Shown: positions 9,654 to 19,405 of the stretch, one piece after another
How positions within the stretch are numbered: the first letter of the stretch is position 1
How the letters are laid out: each line of letters starts with the position of its first letter
Origin: Clostridiales bacterium UBA929
GTDB lineage: Bacteria; Bacillota; Clostridia; Oscillospirales; UBA929
Direction of reading: 5' to 3'
DNA length: 39,324 nt
Assembly (NCBI GenBank): GCA_002293625.1
Contig: DBDP01000124.1
Span: 1-39,324 of the forward strand
Made by a program: the position numbers and the translations under genes
The notes under the pieces: generated by a model
What the model was told of the DNA's origin: nothing
Databases searched by the model: none
The model's input: only the letters and a program-made list of their open reading frames with translations

Positions 9654-10895
9654 TTATTGGCGCGGGGCGCTGTCACCCTCGGCGATTACCTCAAACAAAC
9701 CGCCCTGCGCCCGGGTCACAATGATATAGTACGCTTTATAGGGCAACATTCTGTCGTAAGAGGTAAGGAAAACCCAACCGGCGGTAACGTCTTTCTCTTT
9801 TCCCCCGGCCAGAGCGGCGAGCAACACGGGATCGTCAATTCTTTCGAATGAGCGATGCGGCGCAAGTTCACTTGTTGACAGGAAATAAGTATGAGCCACA
9901 TCAAATGAACTGTCAGAGTCTAAAAATAGCCTTTCTCCGTCCGGCGGCAGGTCGCCGTTCAACCCCACATAACCCGCTTCGGCGACGAGTTTTTGCCCTT
10001 CGTCGCTCATCAGCCAGTCGGTCAATTCTTTGCCCTTTTCGTTGCCTTCGTTATAGTAGCTATATGTATAGACTTGCAGAGGGTAGCTATCGTCGGAGAG
10101 CGTCTCGTTTGAGGGTGTAACGCCGTCCACCGCCAACGGTCTTAACCCGTAATGCTCTAAATCTTGCGCAAACGCCCAGCTTAAGATGTTGTAGCCGATA
10201 GCGTTTGGATTTTCTGCGGTAACGGACAGCATATCCGCCATAAAGCCCGCGTAAAGAGCATCGTCGTCTTCGGTCAGCGGAACGCCGCCCATGAAGTCGT
10301 GCATTGCGGTCTGGCTGCCCGAATCGTGATTACGCAGAACAGGGATGATTTCTCCATCGCTGCCGCCGACCTCATTCCAGTTTGTTATCTTTCCCGAAAA
10401 AATGTCGCGAAGCTGTTGCTGCGTCAAGCTCTCAATGGGATTGTCTTTCTTGACGATGAAGACAAACCCTTCTTTCGCGATCGGCGTGATGACCAACTCC
10501 GCACCGCGGTCTCGCGCGTCTTGCAGCGTTTCGTCGTAGTATTTCACAGCCAGTACAACGTCCGCCGGGTTTTCGTTTCCGGGAATCAGACGTTCCAGCG
10601 CGCCGTAGGTTTGGCTGTGGTCGGGCCTGTCCACCCATTCCTTCGTCAGCGCCCACCGCAGCGCCGCGTGGAGCGTGATGGTTGAGGTGCTGCCGTCGAT
10701 AATCGGAAAAACCGACTGTATCTCCTCCGGCGCTTCCGAGGGTGTCGGCGATGGAGAAGGGATAAGCGACGCCTTCGGCGTTTCTGACGGAACCGGAGGT
10801 TCCGGTATATCCAAAAGCGTGGGCTCGCTCGTGCCGCCGCAAGCGGTCAGAAGCAGAATCAAAGCAAGCGACAGAGATAATTTGTGCATATACAT
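9654..10895 (-). CDS. Lipoprotein with PstS-like periplasmic binding (PBP_like_2-type) domain plus uncharacterised C-terminal domain
   Basis: Signal peptide with lipobox LLLTAC followed by a Pro/Ser/Glu linker. LTQQQLRDIFSGKITNWNEVGG is the typical PstS-family motif. No ABC permease or ATPase genes adjacent. Confidence 0.7.
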   Translation of the reverse strand: MYMHKLSLSLALILLLTACGGTSEPTLLDIPEPPVPSETPKASLIPSPSPTPSEAPEEIQSVFPIIDGSTSTITLHAALRWALTKEWVDRPDHSQTYGALERLIPGNENPADVVLAVKYYDETLQDARDRGAELVITPIAKEGFVFIVKKDNPIESLTQQQLRDIFSGKITNWNEVGGSDGEIIPVLRNHDSGSQTAMHDFMGGVPLTEDDDALYAGFMADMLSVTAENPNAIGYNILSWAFAQDLEHYGLRPLAVDGVTPSNETLSDDSYPLQVYTYSYYNEGNEKGKELTDWLMSDEGQKLVAEAGYVGLNGDLPPDGERLFLDSDSSFDVAHTYFLSTSELAPHRSFERIDDPVLLAALAGGKEKDVTAGWVFLTSYDRMLPYKAYYIIVTRAQGGLFEVIAEGDSAPRQ

Positions 10896-10931
10896 CTACC
10901 TCCGTGTGTGTTCATTATCCCCAAAAGGCAG

Positions 10932-11576
10932 TTAAACCTTTCTCACGGGATGCCTGATTACGGTTTTCAATTTAGATAGTTCTGATTTTCGCGGGTCTTT
11001 CAGGTAAATCTCGTGATGATAGCGGCTCGGGGTAATATCGATTTTGTACCCGTTTTCATCGGCATAACGCTCCATCGCGAGGACTGTTTCGGGTTCGTCG
11101 TCATAGGAACCGACGTGCATACACTGTACGCACAAACCCTCATGATACGGGAAAAACTCAACATTTGCGAAGTCCGCCTTCTTCTTCGCGGTCGCCTCTT
11201 CGATCGCCCATGAAAAATCGTCCGGCTTCACGAAGTCCGGCAGACGAATCACGGAGATCCATTGAAAATCCTCTTTGTGCGCGTAATCAATCTCGGCGCC
11301 GGCTGCCGATTGCCACCAAAAGCCTTCCAGCGGCGGCACCGCATACTCAAAAAAGCCCTCTATTTTACGGGAGCCTTTGTGGCTCATCTTGATTGTGTAG
11401 GCGATGGCGTACAATGCGCCTACCGCTTTGCCGTATTCGCCGCCTTCTTCATTCGGGTTGCCTTTCCCGCGAACCGCGAGGTAGTTCATCGGGGGTACAT
11501 CCACAATCCCCGGTTTGCTTGGCGGCAGGTAAAACTCTTTGTACTCTTTTTTGTAATCAAATGCCATTGTACTCAC
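10932..11576 (-). CDS. GyrI-like small-molecule-binding domain protein
   Basis: About 211-214 aa. DYKKEYKEFYLPPSKPGIVDVPPMNYLAVRGKGNPN and the overall length match GyrI-like/effector-binding fold proteins. The start is GTG 11576 or ATG 11567. Confidence 0.7.
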   Translation of the reverse strand: MSTMAFDYKKEYKEFYLPPSKPGIVDVPPMNYLAVRGKGNPNEEGGEYGKAVGALYAIAYTIKMSHKGSRKIEGFFEYAVPPLEGFWWQSAAGAEIDYAHKEDFQWISVIRLPDFVKPDDFSWAIEEATAKKKADFANVEFFPYHEGLCVQCMHVGSYDDEPETVLAMERYADENGYKIDITPSRYHHEIYLKDPRKSELSKLKTVIRHPVRKV

Positions 11577-11896
11577 GTCCTATCGTTGATGATTCCGTAT
11601 TTTACAGGGAGTTCCGGATCCGATTGAATCATTGAAATGAGCCTGCGCGCTGCGCCGTCCGGCATGTACCGACCAGTTTCCCACGATTAAACCGTTTTAC
11701 GTGACACACCTATTGTCATCGCAAAAACGCTTTGCGTCATGCCAAGAGCTTTTCTTGTGTCTTTAATCTCGTCCGCACTGATGGTTTTTCTAACGGGAGA
11801 AACATTCAAACGAGAAGTACGCAGTTCGATTTTGCCTTCAGAGCAATCTAATAACTCCTGCATTGCTTCTATAAGGTCTTGCCCCATTTTACTCAT
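11573..11896 (-). pseudogene. HigA-2/XRE-type antitoxin interrupted by an in-frame TAA (11687-11689)
   Basis: Read codon by codon. MSKMGQDLIEAMQELL...ALGMTQSVFAMTIGVSRKTV is followed by TAA. The same frame then continues as SWETGRYMPDGAARRLISMIQSDPELPVKYGIINDRT to TGA 11575-11573. The WExGRxxPxGxAxxL tail is the conserved end of this antitoxin type. Confidence 0.7.
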
Positions 11897-12107
11897 TATA
11901 TAGAACTCGCGCTCCCCCTCTTTTTCCCCGTTCTTCAAGAGACACCCTGATTTTACGAATACAGCCGGTACCTTGAATTATCGGAGACCCTTGCGGGTCA
12001 TCGGTAATTGCTTTTTGAAGTGTAGATAAATCGTCGTCATCACATCCCAGTTCACGCCATCGCCTATCGAAAACCTTAGTATGAATAAACGTTCTGTCTA
12101 TCAGCAT
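11889..12107 (-). pseudogene. HigB-2 (DUF1044, RelE-fold)-like toxin, apparently C-terminally truncated (72 aa)
   Basis: FIHTKVFDRRW...IIQGTGCIRKIRVSLEERGKRGGARVLY parallels the N-terminal two thirds of Vibrio HigB-2-type toxins as I recall them (about 110 aa). The ORF ends 2 codons after GGARVLY and overlaps the antitoxin ATG by 8 nt. Confidence 0.55.
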
Positions 12108-12161
12108 GTCTGCATTCTCTCCACTTTACTACCAATATGTTATACGAGTTACGAGGGATTT

Positions 12162-13637
12162 TCAAGTGTTCCGCACTTTCCCGACAGCCCAGCGCGCGCC
12201 GGAGAGCAATCCGAAGAACACCACAAAAATCTCCAAACGCCCCAATGTCATCCCCACCATCTCGACAATCAGCGTCGGGACATTGGTTCCGACGTGGGTG
12301 AGTCCGTTTGAGATACCGACCGTACCGAACGCGGAAGCGAACTCAAACAGCGCGTCTTGCAGGGAGCAGTCCGCCGTCAGCGTCAGAAGCAGGGTACCGA
12401 GAACCAAAATTCCCATATAGCTCGCGATAAACCCGAACGTATCGGCGATCAGCGGTCCGTCAATCGGTATTTTTCCGCGTACGCCATTATAGGTCGGTGC
12501 TGCGGTCTTATTCGCGGGAGACAGACGCTTGCGGATATTTTCCCGCGTGATACGCAGTAAAAAATACGTACGCGACAATTTTATCCCGCCCGCAGTCGAG
12601 CCGGAGGAACCGCCGACAATCATCAGCAGTATAAGCAGCCCCACAACAAACGGCGGCCAGACGGCGTAATTCGTTAGGGAGTACCCCGTAGTCGTAAACA
12701 CCGTCACCACCCCGAACACGGCTTGGCGTAAGCCGTTCAAGAACCCCAGTTCCGCCGCGAGCCGCCATACCGACAGAGCGGTAAATACCGTAATCAACGC
12801 AAGCATCACCCGCGTTTCGGTAACCCGAAACACGGAGCGGAGCTTTCCCTTTGCTAACAGCACCAATACCGCGAAATTGGACGCGCCGATGAGCATTAGC
12901 ATAATGGTAATAATTTCGATCGGCAGACTGTTAAACTCCCCTATGCTGCCCGCTTTTGTGGTAAATCCGGCAGTGGACAACGCGGACATGGTGTGACATA
13001 CGGCATCAAAGAGCTTCATGCCGAAAATACGGTATAGCAGCGTTCCCAGCACCAATGAACCGCCGTAAACCGCTGCGATTTGGCGCGACGTTTGGCGCAG
13101 ACTGGGGCGAATCATGTCGGGATGCCCCTCCGCGCTGTACAGCGCCATGGAGTGCTTGCCTTGTATCAGCATGGTAATCATCAAAACGAAGCCTAAACCG
13201 CCGGCATACTGCATAAAGCTGCGGTGGAGCAGGAAAATATACGGCGTCTCTGTAACGTCAACCACGGAAAGCCCTGTGGTCGTCCATCCGCTGACCGATT
13301 CAAACAGCGCCCGCACAAAATCCAGCTGTCCGGCGATGACGAACGGCAGCGCTCCCATCACGAAACTGAACAGCCAGATAAACACAATCAGGAAACTGCC
13401 GCGCCGCGCGCCGCGCTGCCGTCCGCTTTCATCCGCCTTCAGGCGGTATGTAAGCAAGCAGATAGCAAACCCCAGCGCGACGGATGCGAGCATCGGAATC
13501 AGGAACGCCGGAAGAAACCGCGTCTCCTCCGGGTAAAACGGCAGAACCAAAAGCGGAGTGCCGAGCAGCAGACCGATTAGCAGGATCAGCGTCCCGTAGT
13601 CGCTGCCTTTTTTGATGATATGTATCAACGTTTTCAC
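12162..13637 (-). CDS. trkH: TrkH/KtrB-family potassium transporter membrane subunit
   Basis: 491-aa polytopic protein with four pore-loop-like segments (WTTTGLS, STAGFT, TTTGYS, GTVGIS). Overlaps the trkA stop. Confidence 0.9.
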   Translation of the reverse strand: MKTLIHIIKKGSDYGTLILLIGLLLGTPLLVLPFYPEETRFLPAFLIPMLASVALGFAICLLTYRLKADESGRQRGARRGSFLIVFIWLFSFVMGALPFVIAGQLDFVRALFESVSGWTTTGLSVVDVTETPYIFLLHRSFMQYAGGLGFVLMITMLIQGKHSMALYSAEGHPDMIRPSLRQTSRQIAAVYGGSLVLGTLLYRIFGMKLFDAVCHTMSALSTAGFTTKAGSIGEFNSLPIEIITIMLMLIGASNFAVLVLLAKGKLRSVFRVTETRVMLALITVFTALSVWRLAAELGFLNGLRQAVFGVVTVFTTTGYSLTNYAVWPPFVVGLLILLMIVGGSSGSTAGGIKLSRTYFLLRITRENIRKRLSPANKTAAPTYNGVRGKIPIDGPLIADTFGFIASYMGILVLGTLLLTLTADCSLQDALFEFASAFGTVGISNGLTHVGTNVPTLIVEMVGMTLGRLEIFVVFFGLLSGARWAVGKVRNT

Positions 13638-14293
13638 CGCCCGGTCAACTCCGTGACCGCCGCCGTTTCATGATCGTCCGAGGAAATCAGCACCAAAATA
13701 TCGCCGGCGTGTACCCTCGTATCGCCGCGCGGAACCATGCTCATCGTGCCGCGCTGGATACAGCCGACGATAACAGGCAGATTCAGCTCCTTGAGTTTCT
13801 TCCCGGCTGCGGGCGCGTTTTCGGCAACCCGCACCTGCGAAACCCGAATCCGCCCCTCACCGATCGGAATAAGCGTTGAAAGCTCGTCCATAAACACCTG
13901 CTGCTCAATGACCGACGCAATCGTCGATACCGAGGACACGACGGCGTCAATCCCGATCAAATGGAAAAACTCTATCTTCTTCGGGTCGGAGATTAAAGTA
14001 ACTGTGCGTTTGACCCGAAACTTCTTCTTGCACAGCTCACAGATTACCAAATTATCGTCGTCGCGGTCGGTCAGCGCTATCGCAATGTCGGCGTTATACG
14101 CGTCGGCGTCCTCCAGCACAAACGGTTTTGAACCGTCGCCGTGGAAAACTTCCAGCTTCTCAATCTTGGCCAGAGACTGGCATTTCTCCGCATCGTTGTT
14201 GATCGCGCTGACGCGGTAGCCTTTTTTTATTAGGGAGTTGGCTAAAAACTTCGTTTTGTTGAACCCGCCGATTAAAAACACACGAGATTTCAT
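13634..14293 (-). CDS. trkA: TrkA/KtrA RCK protein (RCK_N + RCK_C)
   Basis: 219 aa. Rossmann-like N-terminal half plus a C-terminal TrkA_C-like segment (RVSQVRVAENAPAAGKKLKELNLP...RVHAGDILVLIS). Confidence 0.88.
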   Translation of the reverse strand: MKSRVFLIGGFNKTKFLANSLIKKGYRVSAINNDAEKCQSLAKIEKLEVFHGDGSKPFVLEDADAYNADIAIALTDRDDDNLVICELCKKKFRVKRTVTLISDPKKIEFFHLIGIDAVVSSVSTIASVIEQQVFMDELSTLIPIGEGRIRVSQVRVAENAPAAGKKLKELNLPVIVGCIQRGTMSMVPRGDTRVHAGDILVLISSDDHETAAVTELTGR

Positions 14294-14721
14294 AAGACGT
14301 CTCCCTCCTCATTGTCCAGCAACTTGTCGATCTCTTTGATCGAGAGGACGGCGGGAGAGATGGTATTGATCCCCAGCTCCTGATATACGCATTCCCGTTC
14401 GGTATCATACAGACGCGCGATGACGCGCCCGATCCCGAACATCTTTTTAGCGAGCTGCGCAACCATGATGTTGGTGTTATCGTAATTCGTAACCGATACG
14501 ACGGCGGTGGCTTTTTCAATGTCGGCGTCGCGCAGCACACCGAGATCAGTCGCGTCGCCGACAAGTGATATGCCGGAATACGACGGAGAGAGCTTACGGA
14601 ATGCGTCCCTGTCGCTGTCGATAATGGTGACACCTTCTCCTTCCTCCGAGAGCTTATTCGCGAGATTCGCACCCAGTCTCCCGCATCCGGCAATGATGGT
14701 GTATTCGTCCTGTTTGCCCAA
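14290..14721 (-). CDS. RCK_N-only TrkA-like NAD-binding protein
   Basis: IIAGCGRLGANLANKL dinucleotide-binding motif with no RCK_C part. ORF track start is ATG 14754 and has no SD. TTG 14721 has AAAGGGGA 7 nt upstream, so the shorter form is preferred; the start remains uncertain. Confidence 0.7.
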   Translation of the reverse strand: MGKQDEYTIIAGCGRLGANLANKLSEEGEGVTIIDSDRDAFRKLSPSYSGISLVGDATDLGVLRDADIEKATAVVSVTNYDNTNIMVAQLAKKMFGIGRVIARLYDTERECVYQELGINTISPAVLSIKEIDKLLDNEEGDVL

Positions 14722-14759
14722 ATCTTCATCCCCTTTGATGACAGTATAATACATATAAG

Positions 14760-14789
14760 AGATAATAACAATGCGCGACCGCAGGTCGC
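14760..14789 (-). terminator. Short hairpin GCGACC-tgc-GGTCGC followed by T-rich run (minus strand) just after whiA
   Basis: 6-bp stem at 14775-14789 read directly. The minus-strand downstream sequence is GCATTGTTATTATCTCTT. The stem is short. Confidence 0.35.
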
Positions 14790-14791
14790 CC

Positions 14792-15670
14792 CTATCCGTC
14801 TATCTCCGCGAGTTTTCGCAGGCGGTGGTTTAGGCAGCTTTTGCTGACGCCGAGTCTCTCGGCGAGCTGTGAAAGGCTGTCCTCGGGATTTTCAAGGCGC
14901 GTCCGCGCCGTTTGGCGCAGAGCTTCCGGTAGCGTATCCAGCCACCCCGATGCCTCCAGACGCTCAATGACACCGCGCAGACGCTCCGCCGCGGCAAGGG
15001 TTTTGTCAAGGTTTGCCGTATCGCAGTTGACGCGGCGGTTGACGCTGTTCCGTAAGCCCTTCTCAAGTTTCGCTTCCATTACGTCCATCGCGCAGACCGG
15101 CGCTCCGCAGAGTGTTAAAAAATCCTCGATCGACGACGACAGATTCAACGAAAGCACCTGTACGCCGCCCCGTGTAACCGGTGCTGCCTCAAATCCGCTT
15201 TCACGCAGCAGGGCGCTCAATTCCCGCGCCAGTATGCGGCGGGGTGTAACGATCTCCAGCAAGTATTTCTTCATTGGGTCGGTAACCGATCCGCCGGAGC
15301 AAAACGCTCCCCGCCAAAAAGCCGCGAGGCAGCACTCCGACTCCAAAACGGCATTGTTTAAGTGAAGCGCAACACTGGGCGCACCGCCGTAGCCGTATGC
15401 GGACAGCACCGAACGCACCCGCTCCGGATCGGTTATCGAAATCATCCATTTTCCGCCGTGAATAATTTCCGGTTGAAAACCAAATACAGTTGCGAACAGT
15501 TCCGAAAGACGATTCGCGTATGGCTCGTGCGAGGTCATAACTCTCAGTTCGTCGTCACGGAAGGCGTTACCCAGCAGCAGCGCGCCGTAACACTCCGCCG
15601 ACGCGCAGCAGTTCCGCGTCACCGGCACGCGGCACATCTCGCGTTTCGCGCGCGCGCTAAACGATTCCAC
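14792..15670 (-). CDS. whiA: Sporulation/cell-division regulator WhiA
   Basis: SFSARAKREMCRV N terminus and a C-terminal HTH (LSQLAERLGVSKSCLNHRLRKL). Start set to GTG 15670 with GAGGAGGAG 4 nt upstream. Conserved rapZ-yvcK-whiA gene order. Confidence 0.88.
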   Translation of the reverse strand: MESFSARAKREMCRVPVTRNCCASAECYGALLLGNAFRDDELRVMTSHEPYANRLSELFATVFGFQPEIIHGGKWMISITDPERVRSVLSAYGYGGAPSVALHLNNAVLESECCLAAFWRGAFCSGGSVTDPMKKYLLEIVTPRRILARELSALLRESGFEAAPVTRGGVQVLSLNLSSSIEDFLTLCGAPVCAMDVMEAKLEKGLRNSVNRRVNCDTANLDKTLAAAERLRGVIERLEASGWLDTLPEALRQTARTRLENPEDSLSQLAERLGVSKSCLNHRLRKLAEIDG

Positions 15671-16724
15671 TGCGCTCCTCCTCGCTAATCGCGTCCCGTA
15701 TCCAGTCCAAAAGCGATTCATCCATCTGACGGTACGCTCCCTCACGCGGGCATTTTTCCAAAAACAGCTCGGTCAGCGCCGAAGCCAGTTTCAGAGGATG
15801 GTGACGCACCTGACCGCCGCGCAGCGTCATCAGCGGGCGTTCCCGCAATTCAATACCGGCCTTCGCGAATCGTTTTCGGTCAAGACGCGCCGCGCCCGCA
15901 CCCTCGGCGGCATAAAGCGCGATGACGTCCTCCGGGATCGGAGCGTTGTTTGCGAGACAGACGTCAAAGACCGGGCGTTTCGCGTGGCGGATAATCTCGC
16001 GGGCGTGATCGAAACAGGAGTACCCTTCCGTCTCCCCTTCCTGCGTCATAATATTGCAAACATAAATACGCAGAGCGGAGGACGCGGACAGCGCTTCGGA
16101 GATCCCCTCCGCTAGCAGATTCGGGATGACGCTTGTGTATAAGCTCCCCGGTCCCAGCAGAATAAGTTCGGCGTTAGCAATCGCTTCCAATACGTCATCA
16201 CGCGCGCGGGCTTTTTCGGGGATTAGGCGAACCTCCTTAATACGGCACTTCTGCCGCTTCTTGCAATCGAAAATATTGCTCTCGCCTGTGACGCGCGAGC
16301 CGTTTTCAAAGACCGCCTCCAGCAGCGTGGGACCCCGCGACACCGGCAACACCCGCCCCGTAACGGCCAATACCTCGCTCATCCGCTCAATCGCCTCGTC
16401 GAAGCTGCCTGATATCCCGGTCAGCGCGGCCAAAAAGAGATTACCAAAACTCTGCCCTGCCAGCGTGCCTTCGGGAAAACGGTAATTCAAAAGACGCTCC
16501 ATCGTCGGCTCGGTGTTCGCCAGCGCGAGGATGCAGTTGCGGATATCGCCGGGCGGGATAATCCCGAGGTCTTCCCGCAGACGGCCGGACGAGCCGCCGT
16601 CATCGGCGGTCGTAACGATGGCGGTGATGTTCTCGCTGCACAGCTTCAGCCCGCGCAGCATACTGGACAGCCCCGTACCGCCGCCGAGCGCCGCGATGCG
16701 GATGCCGGAGGCGAGATCGTTCAT
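15657..16724 (-). CDS. yvcK: YvcK/CofD-like gluconeogenesis (cell-shape) factor
   Basis: IAALGGGTGLSSMLRGLK signature. Start ATG 16724 forms an ATGA overlap with the rapZ stop. Confidence 0.9.
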   Translation of the reverse strand: MNDLASGIRIAALGGGTGLSSMLRGLKLCSENITAIVTTADDGGSSGRLREDLGIIPPGDIRNCILALANTEPTMERLLNYRFPEGTLAGQSFGNLFLAALTGISGSFDEAIERMSEVLAVTGRVLPVSRGPTLLEAVFENGSRVTGESNIFDCKKRQKCRIKEVRLIPEKARARDDVLEAIANAELILLGPGSLYTSVIPNLLAEGISEALSASSALRIYVCNIMTQEGETEGYSCFDHAREIIRHAKRPVFDVCLANNAPIPEDVIALYAAEGAGAARLDRKRFAKAGIELRERPLMTLRGGQVRHHPLKLASALTELFLEKCPREGAYRQMDESLLDWIRDAISEEERSGIV

Positions 16725-17608
16725 AACGCTTCCCGCACGGAATCCCGCGCGATGTCGCGATGCGTCAGCACCACATAGCACCCCTTTTTCGACAAATCGT
16801 CGTACAATGCTCTCGCAATCCGAACGCTTCTGTGGCGTCCGCCGGTGCAGCCCACGGCGATGGAAAGACTGCTTTTCCCCTCTTCCTGATAACGCGGCAG
16901 GAGAAAATGAACGAGATCGGTCAGCTTCGCGCAGAATTCCTGCGTCTCCGGCCAGCGATCGATAAACTCCCGCACCGAGTCGTCCAGCCCGGTTAGCGGG
17001 CGGAGTTCCGCGATATAGTAAGGATTCGGCAGGAAACGTACGTCAAAAACCAAATCGCTTTCAGTCGGCAGTCCGTACTTAAAACCGAACGACGTTACCG
17101 TCACGACCATCCGCCGCTTTCCCGAACCGGCGAGTAAGCCGTTCAGATACTCGCGCCGCTGCGCGTGGGTGAGGTCGGAGGTGTCGATGATGTAATCGGC
17201 GCTTTCCCGAACCGGCGACAGCAGCGTTTTCTCCCGTTCAATGGCCTGTTGCAGCGTCTCGCCGTCCTGCCGGAGCGGATGACGGCGGCGCGTCTCTTTA
17301 TAACGCAGCAGGATGGCTTGCGTATTGGACTCCACAAACAAAATCTTATAATCGCAGTTCATCGCGCGGATCAATTCCAAAGACTCAAACAGCGCGTCAA
17401 ACGTCTGTCCCGCCCGTACGTCGGTCACCAGCGCCACCCGCTCATACGGCTGCCTGTCGCGTATTGAGGAGCGGACATACAAGTCGGCGAACGCGGGAAT
17501 CAGAGCCACCGGCATGTTGTCTACGGCGTAGTAGCCCATATCCTCCACGTCTTTGATAACGGCGCTCTTTCCGGCTCCCGACAACCCGGACACGATTAAA
17601 AACTCCAT
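16721..17608 (-). CDS. rapZ: RNase adapter / nucleotide-binding protein RapZ (YvcJ)
   Basis: Walker A GLSGAGKS at the N terminus and C-terminal GCTGGRHRSV. Confidence 0.92.
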   Translation of the reverse strand: MEFLIVSGLSGAGKSAVIKDVEDMGYYAVDNMPVALIPAFADLYVRSSIRDRQPYERVALVTDVRAGQTFDALFESLELIRAMNCDYKILFVESNTQAILLRYKETRRRHPLRQDGETLQQAIEREKTLLSPVRESADYIIDTSDLTHAQRREYLNGLLAGSGKRRMVVTVTSFGFKYGLPTESDLVFDVRFLPNPYYIAELRPLTGLDDSVREFIDRWPETQEFCAKLTDLVHFLLPRYQEEGKSSLSIAVGCTGGRHRSVRIARALYDDLSKKGCYVVLTHRDIARDSVREAL

Positions 17609-18456
17609 TGGATGTCCCCCAGTAAACGCACTTCCGGCACAAGTTCCGCGCCAGTTTCTTTATATACCCGTCCGCGCACAAGATCAGCCAACCGCATTAC
17701 ATCGTCGCAGGTCGCGCCGCCGGTGTTGACGATGAAGCCCGCGTGTTTTTCCGAAACTTGCGCTCCGCCGACCGACACGCCCTTTAGGCCGCATTGCTCA
17801 ATCAGAGCGCCCGCGAAGCGTCCCGGAGGACGCTTAAAGAAACTGCCCGCGCTCGGCTGATTCACGGGTTGTTTTTGGCTTCGTGCTTTCTTGAGTTCCT
17901 CCGTTTTGGCGCGGATCTCACTCCCGTCACCCGACGTGAGCTTGAGCGTGACTTCCAGCACTGCCATATCCGGCATTTCGTGGAACACGCTGTGCCGGTA
18001 ACCAAAGTCAAATTCTGTTACGGTAAATGTCTTCTCTCCGTCAAAGCATAGCGCCTCGGTAACGACGCCGTCCATAACCCCGCCGTAAGCGCCCGCGTTC
18101 ATCACAACCGCGCCGCCGAGCGACCCCGGAATACCGCCCGCCCATTCCAAACCCGAGAGAGACGCCTTCGCGGCGGCTTGGGACAGCTCCGGCAGACTGA
18201 CGCCGCAGCCCGCCCGCACCGTTTCCCCCTCTATATGGATGCCGTTTAACCCGGACGTCAGGACGACCGGGGAGCGTAAGCCTGCGTCAGCCGCCAAAAC
18301 ATTGCTGCCGCGCCCAAGAATAATAGGTTTTTGAAGCGTGCGCAACAGAGTTACCGCCTGTTCCGTATTTCCCGGAACATACAGGCTGTCGCACGGACCG
18401 CCGATCCGAAAGGTCGTCAGTTCGCGGAGAGGCACACGCTCGCGTTGCGGCGTCAT
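17596..18456 (-). CDS. murB: UDP-N-acetylenolpyruvoylglucosamine reductase
   Basis: 286 aa. FAD-binding domain (LRELTTFRIGG, ILGRGSNVL) and C-terminal GGAQVSEKHAGFIVN. Confidence 0.93.
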   Translation of the reverse strand: MTPQRERVPLRELTTFRIGGPCDSLYVPGNTEQAVTLLRTLQKPIILGRGSNVLAADAGLRSPVVLTSGLNGIHIEGETVRAGCGVSLPELSQAAAKASLSGLEWAGGIPGSLGGAVVMNAGAYGGVMDGVVTEALCFDGEKTFTVTEFDFGYRHSVFHEMPDMAVLEVTLKLTSGDGSEIRAKTEELKKARSQKQPVNQPSAGSFFKRPPGRFAGALIEQCGLKGVSVGGAQVSEKHAGFIVNTGGATCDDVMRLADLVRGRVYKETGAELVPEVRLLGDIQWSF

Positions 18457-19379
18457 AGCATCGCAGCTCCGATGATGCCCGCGTCGTTGCCCAGCTCGGC
18501 GAGACGCAAAACCGTTTTCTTCTCCCCTACCGGGTACAGCTCGGATTCCAACAACGGGAGGACACGGTCAATCAGGTACTGCCCCTCATGGGATACGCCG
18601 CCGCCAAAGCACAGAACAGCGGGCTGGAAGAGGTTGATTAGGTTCGCCGCGCCGCAGGCTAGGAACGAGCAATACTCCGACACGACTGCTTCCGCCGCCG
18701 AATCACCCTGACGGGCGGCGAGGAACGCCGTGCGCCCGCTGACCTTTCCCTTCTCATCGGCAATAGAAACCATCAGACTGTTGGGGTTCGATTCCATCGC
18801 GGCTTTCGTCAAACGGATTAACCCCGTCGCCGACGCGTAGGCTTCCCAGCAGCCCTTGCGCCCGCATGTACAGGGAGCGCCGTCTTTGACGACGGTCATA
18901 TGACCGACTTCGCCACCCATGCCGTTGAACCCGTCATAAATTTTCCCGCCGAGGATGATGCCGCCGCCGACGCCCGTACCCAGCGTAACAAGAACCATAG
19001 ATTCATACGCCTTGCCCGCTCCGGCGTGGAACTCGCCCAGTGCCGCGACGTTCGCGTCGTTGCCGATCCTCACGGGAACACCCAGCGCACCCGAAAGCAT
19101 TCCTGCCAAAGGCACGTTGTCGAATCCCAAATTGTTGGAATAGATCACCGTACCCGCGCCCGTGTCGATCGAACCGGGCGAACCGATGCCCACCGACTCT
19201 ATCTCCTGAAAATTAATCCCCGCCTGCTCGCACAGCGAACGGACGAGCGCCTCCATCTCCCGCACCACATTCTCCGCGCCGCGCGGGGTACGTACACTGT
19301 CACGCGCGGCGATGCTCAGTTTTTCGTCCACCAGTCCGGCGGCAATGTTGGTGCCTCCAAGGTCAATACCGATTCGCAT
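18453..19379 (-). CDS. glcK: ROK-family glucokinase
   Basis: MRIGIDLGGTN, GNDANVAALGE, and the zinc motif GHMTV...CTCGRKGCWE. Start moved to ATG 19379, with GGAGGA 7 nt upstream. Confidence 0.85.
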   Translation of the reverse strand: MRIGIDLGGTNIAAGLVDEKLSIAARDSVRTPRGAENVVREMEALVRSLCEQAGINFQEIESVGIGSPGSIDTGAGTVIYSNNLGFDNVPLAGMLSGALGVPVRIGNDANVAALGEFHAGAGKAYESMVLVTLGTGVGGGIILGGKIYDGFNGMGGEVGHMTVVKDGAPCTCGRKGCWEAYASATGLIRLTKAAMESNPNSLMVSIADEKGKVSGRTAFLAARQGDSAAEAVVSEYCSFLACGAANLINLFQPAVLCFGGGVSHEGQYLIDRVLPLLESELYPVGEKKTVLRLAELGNDAGIIGAAML

Positions 19380-19405
19380 AGGGGTTTCCTCCGTTAGTAA
19401 TTTAA

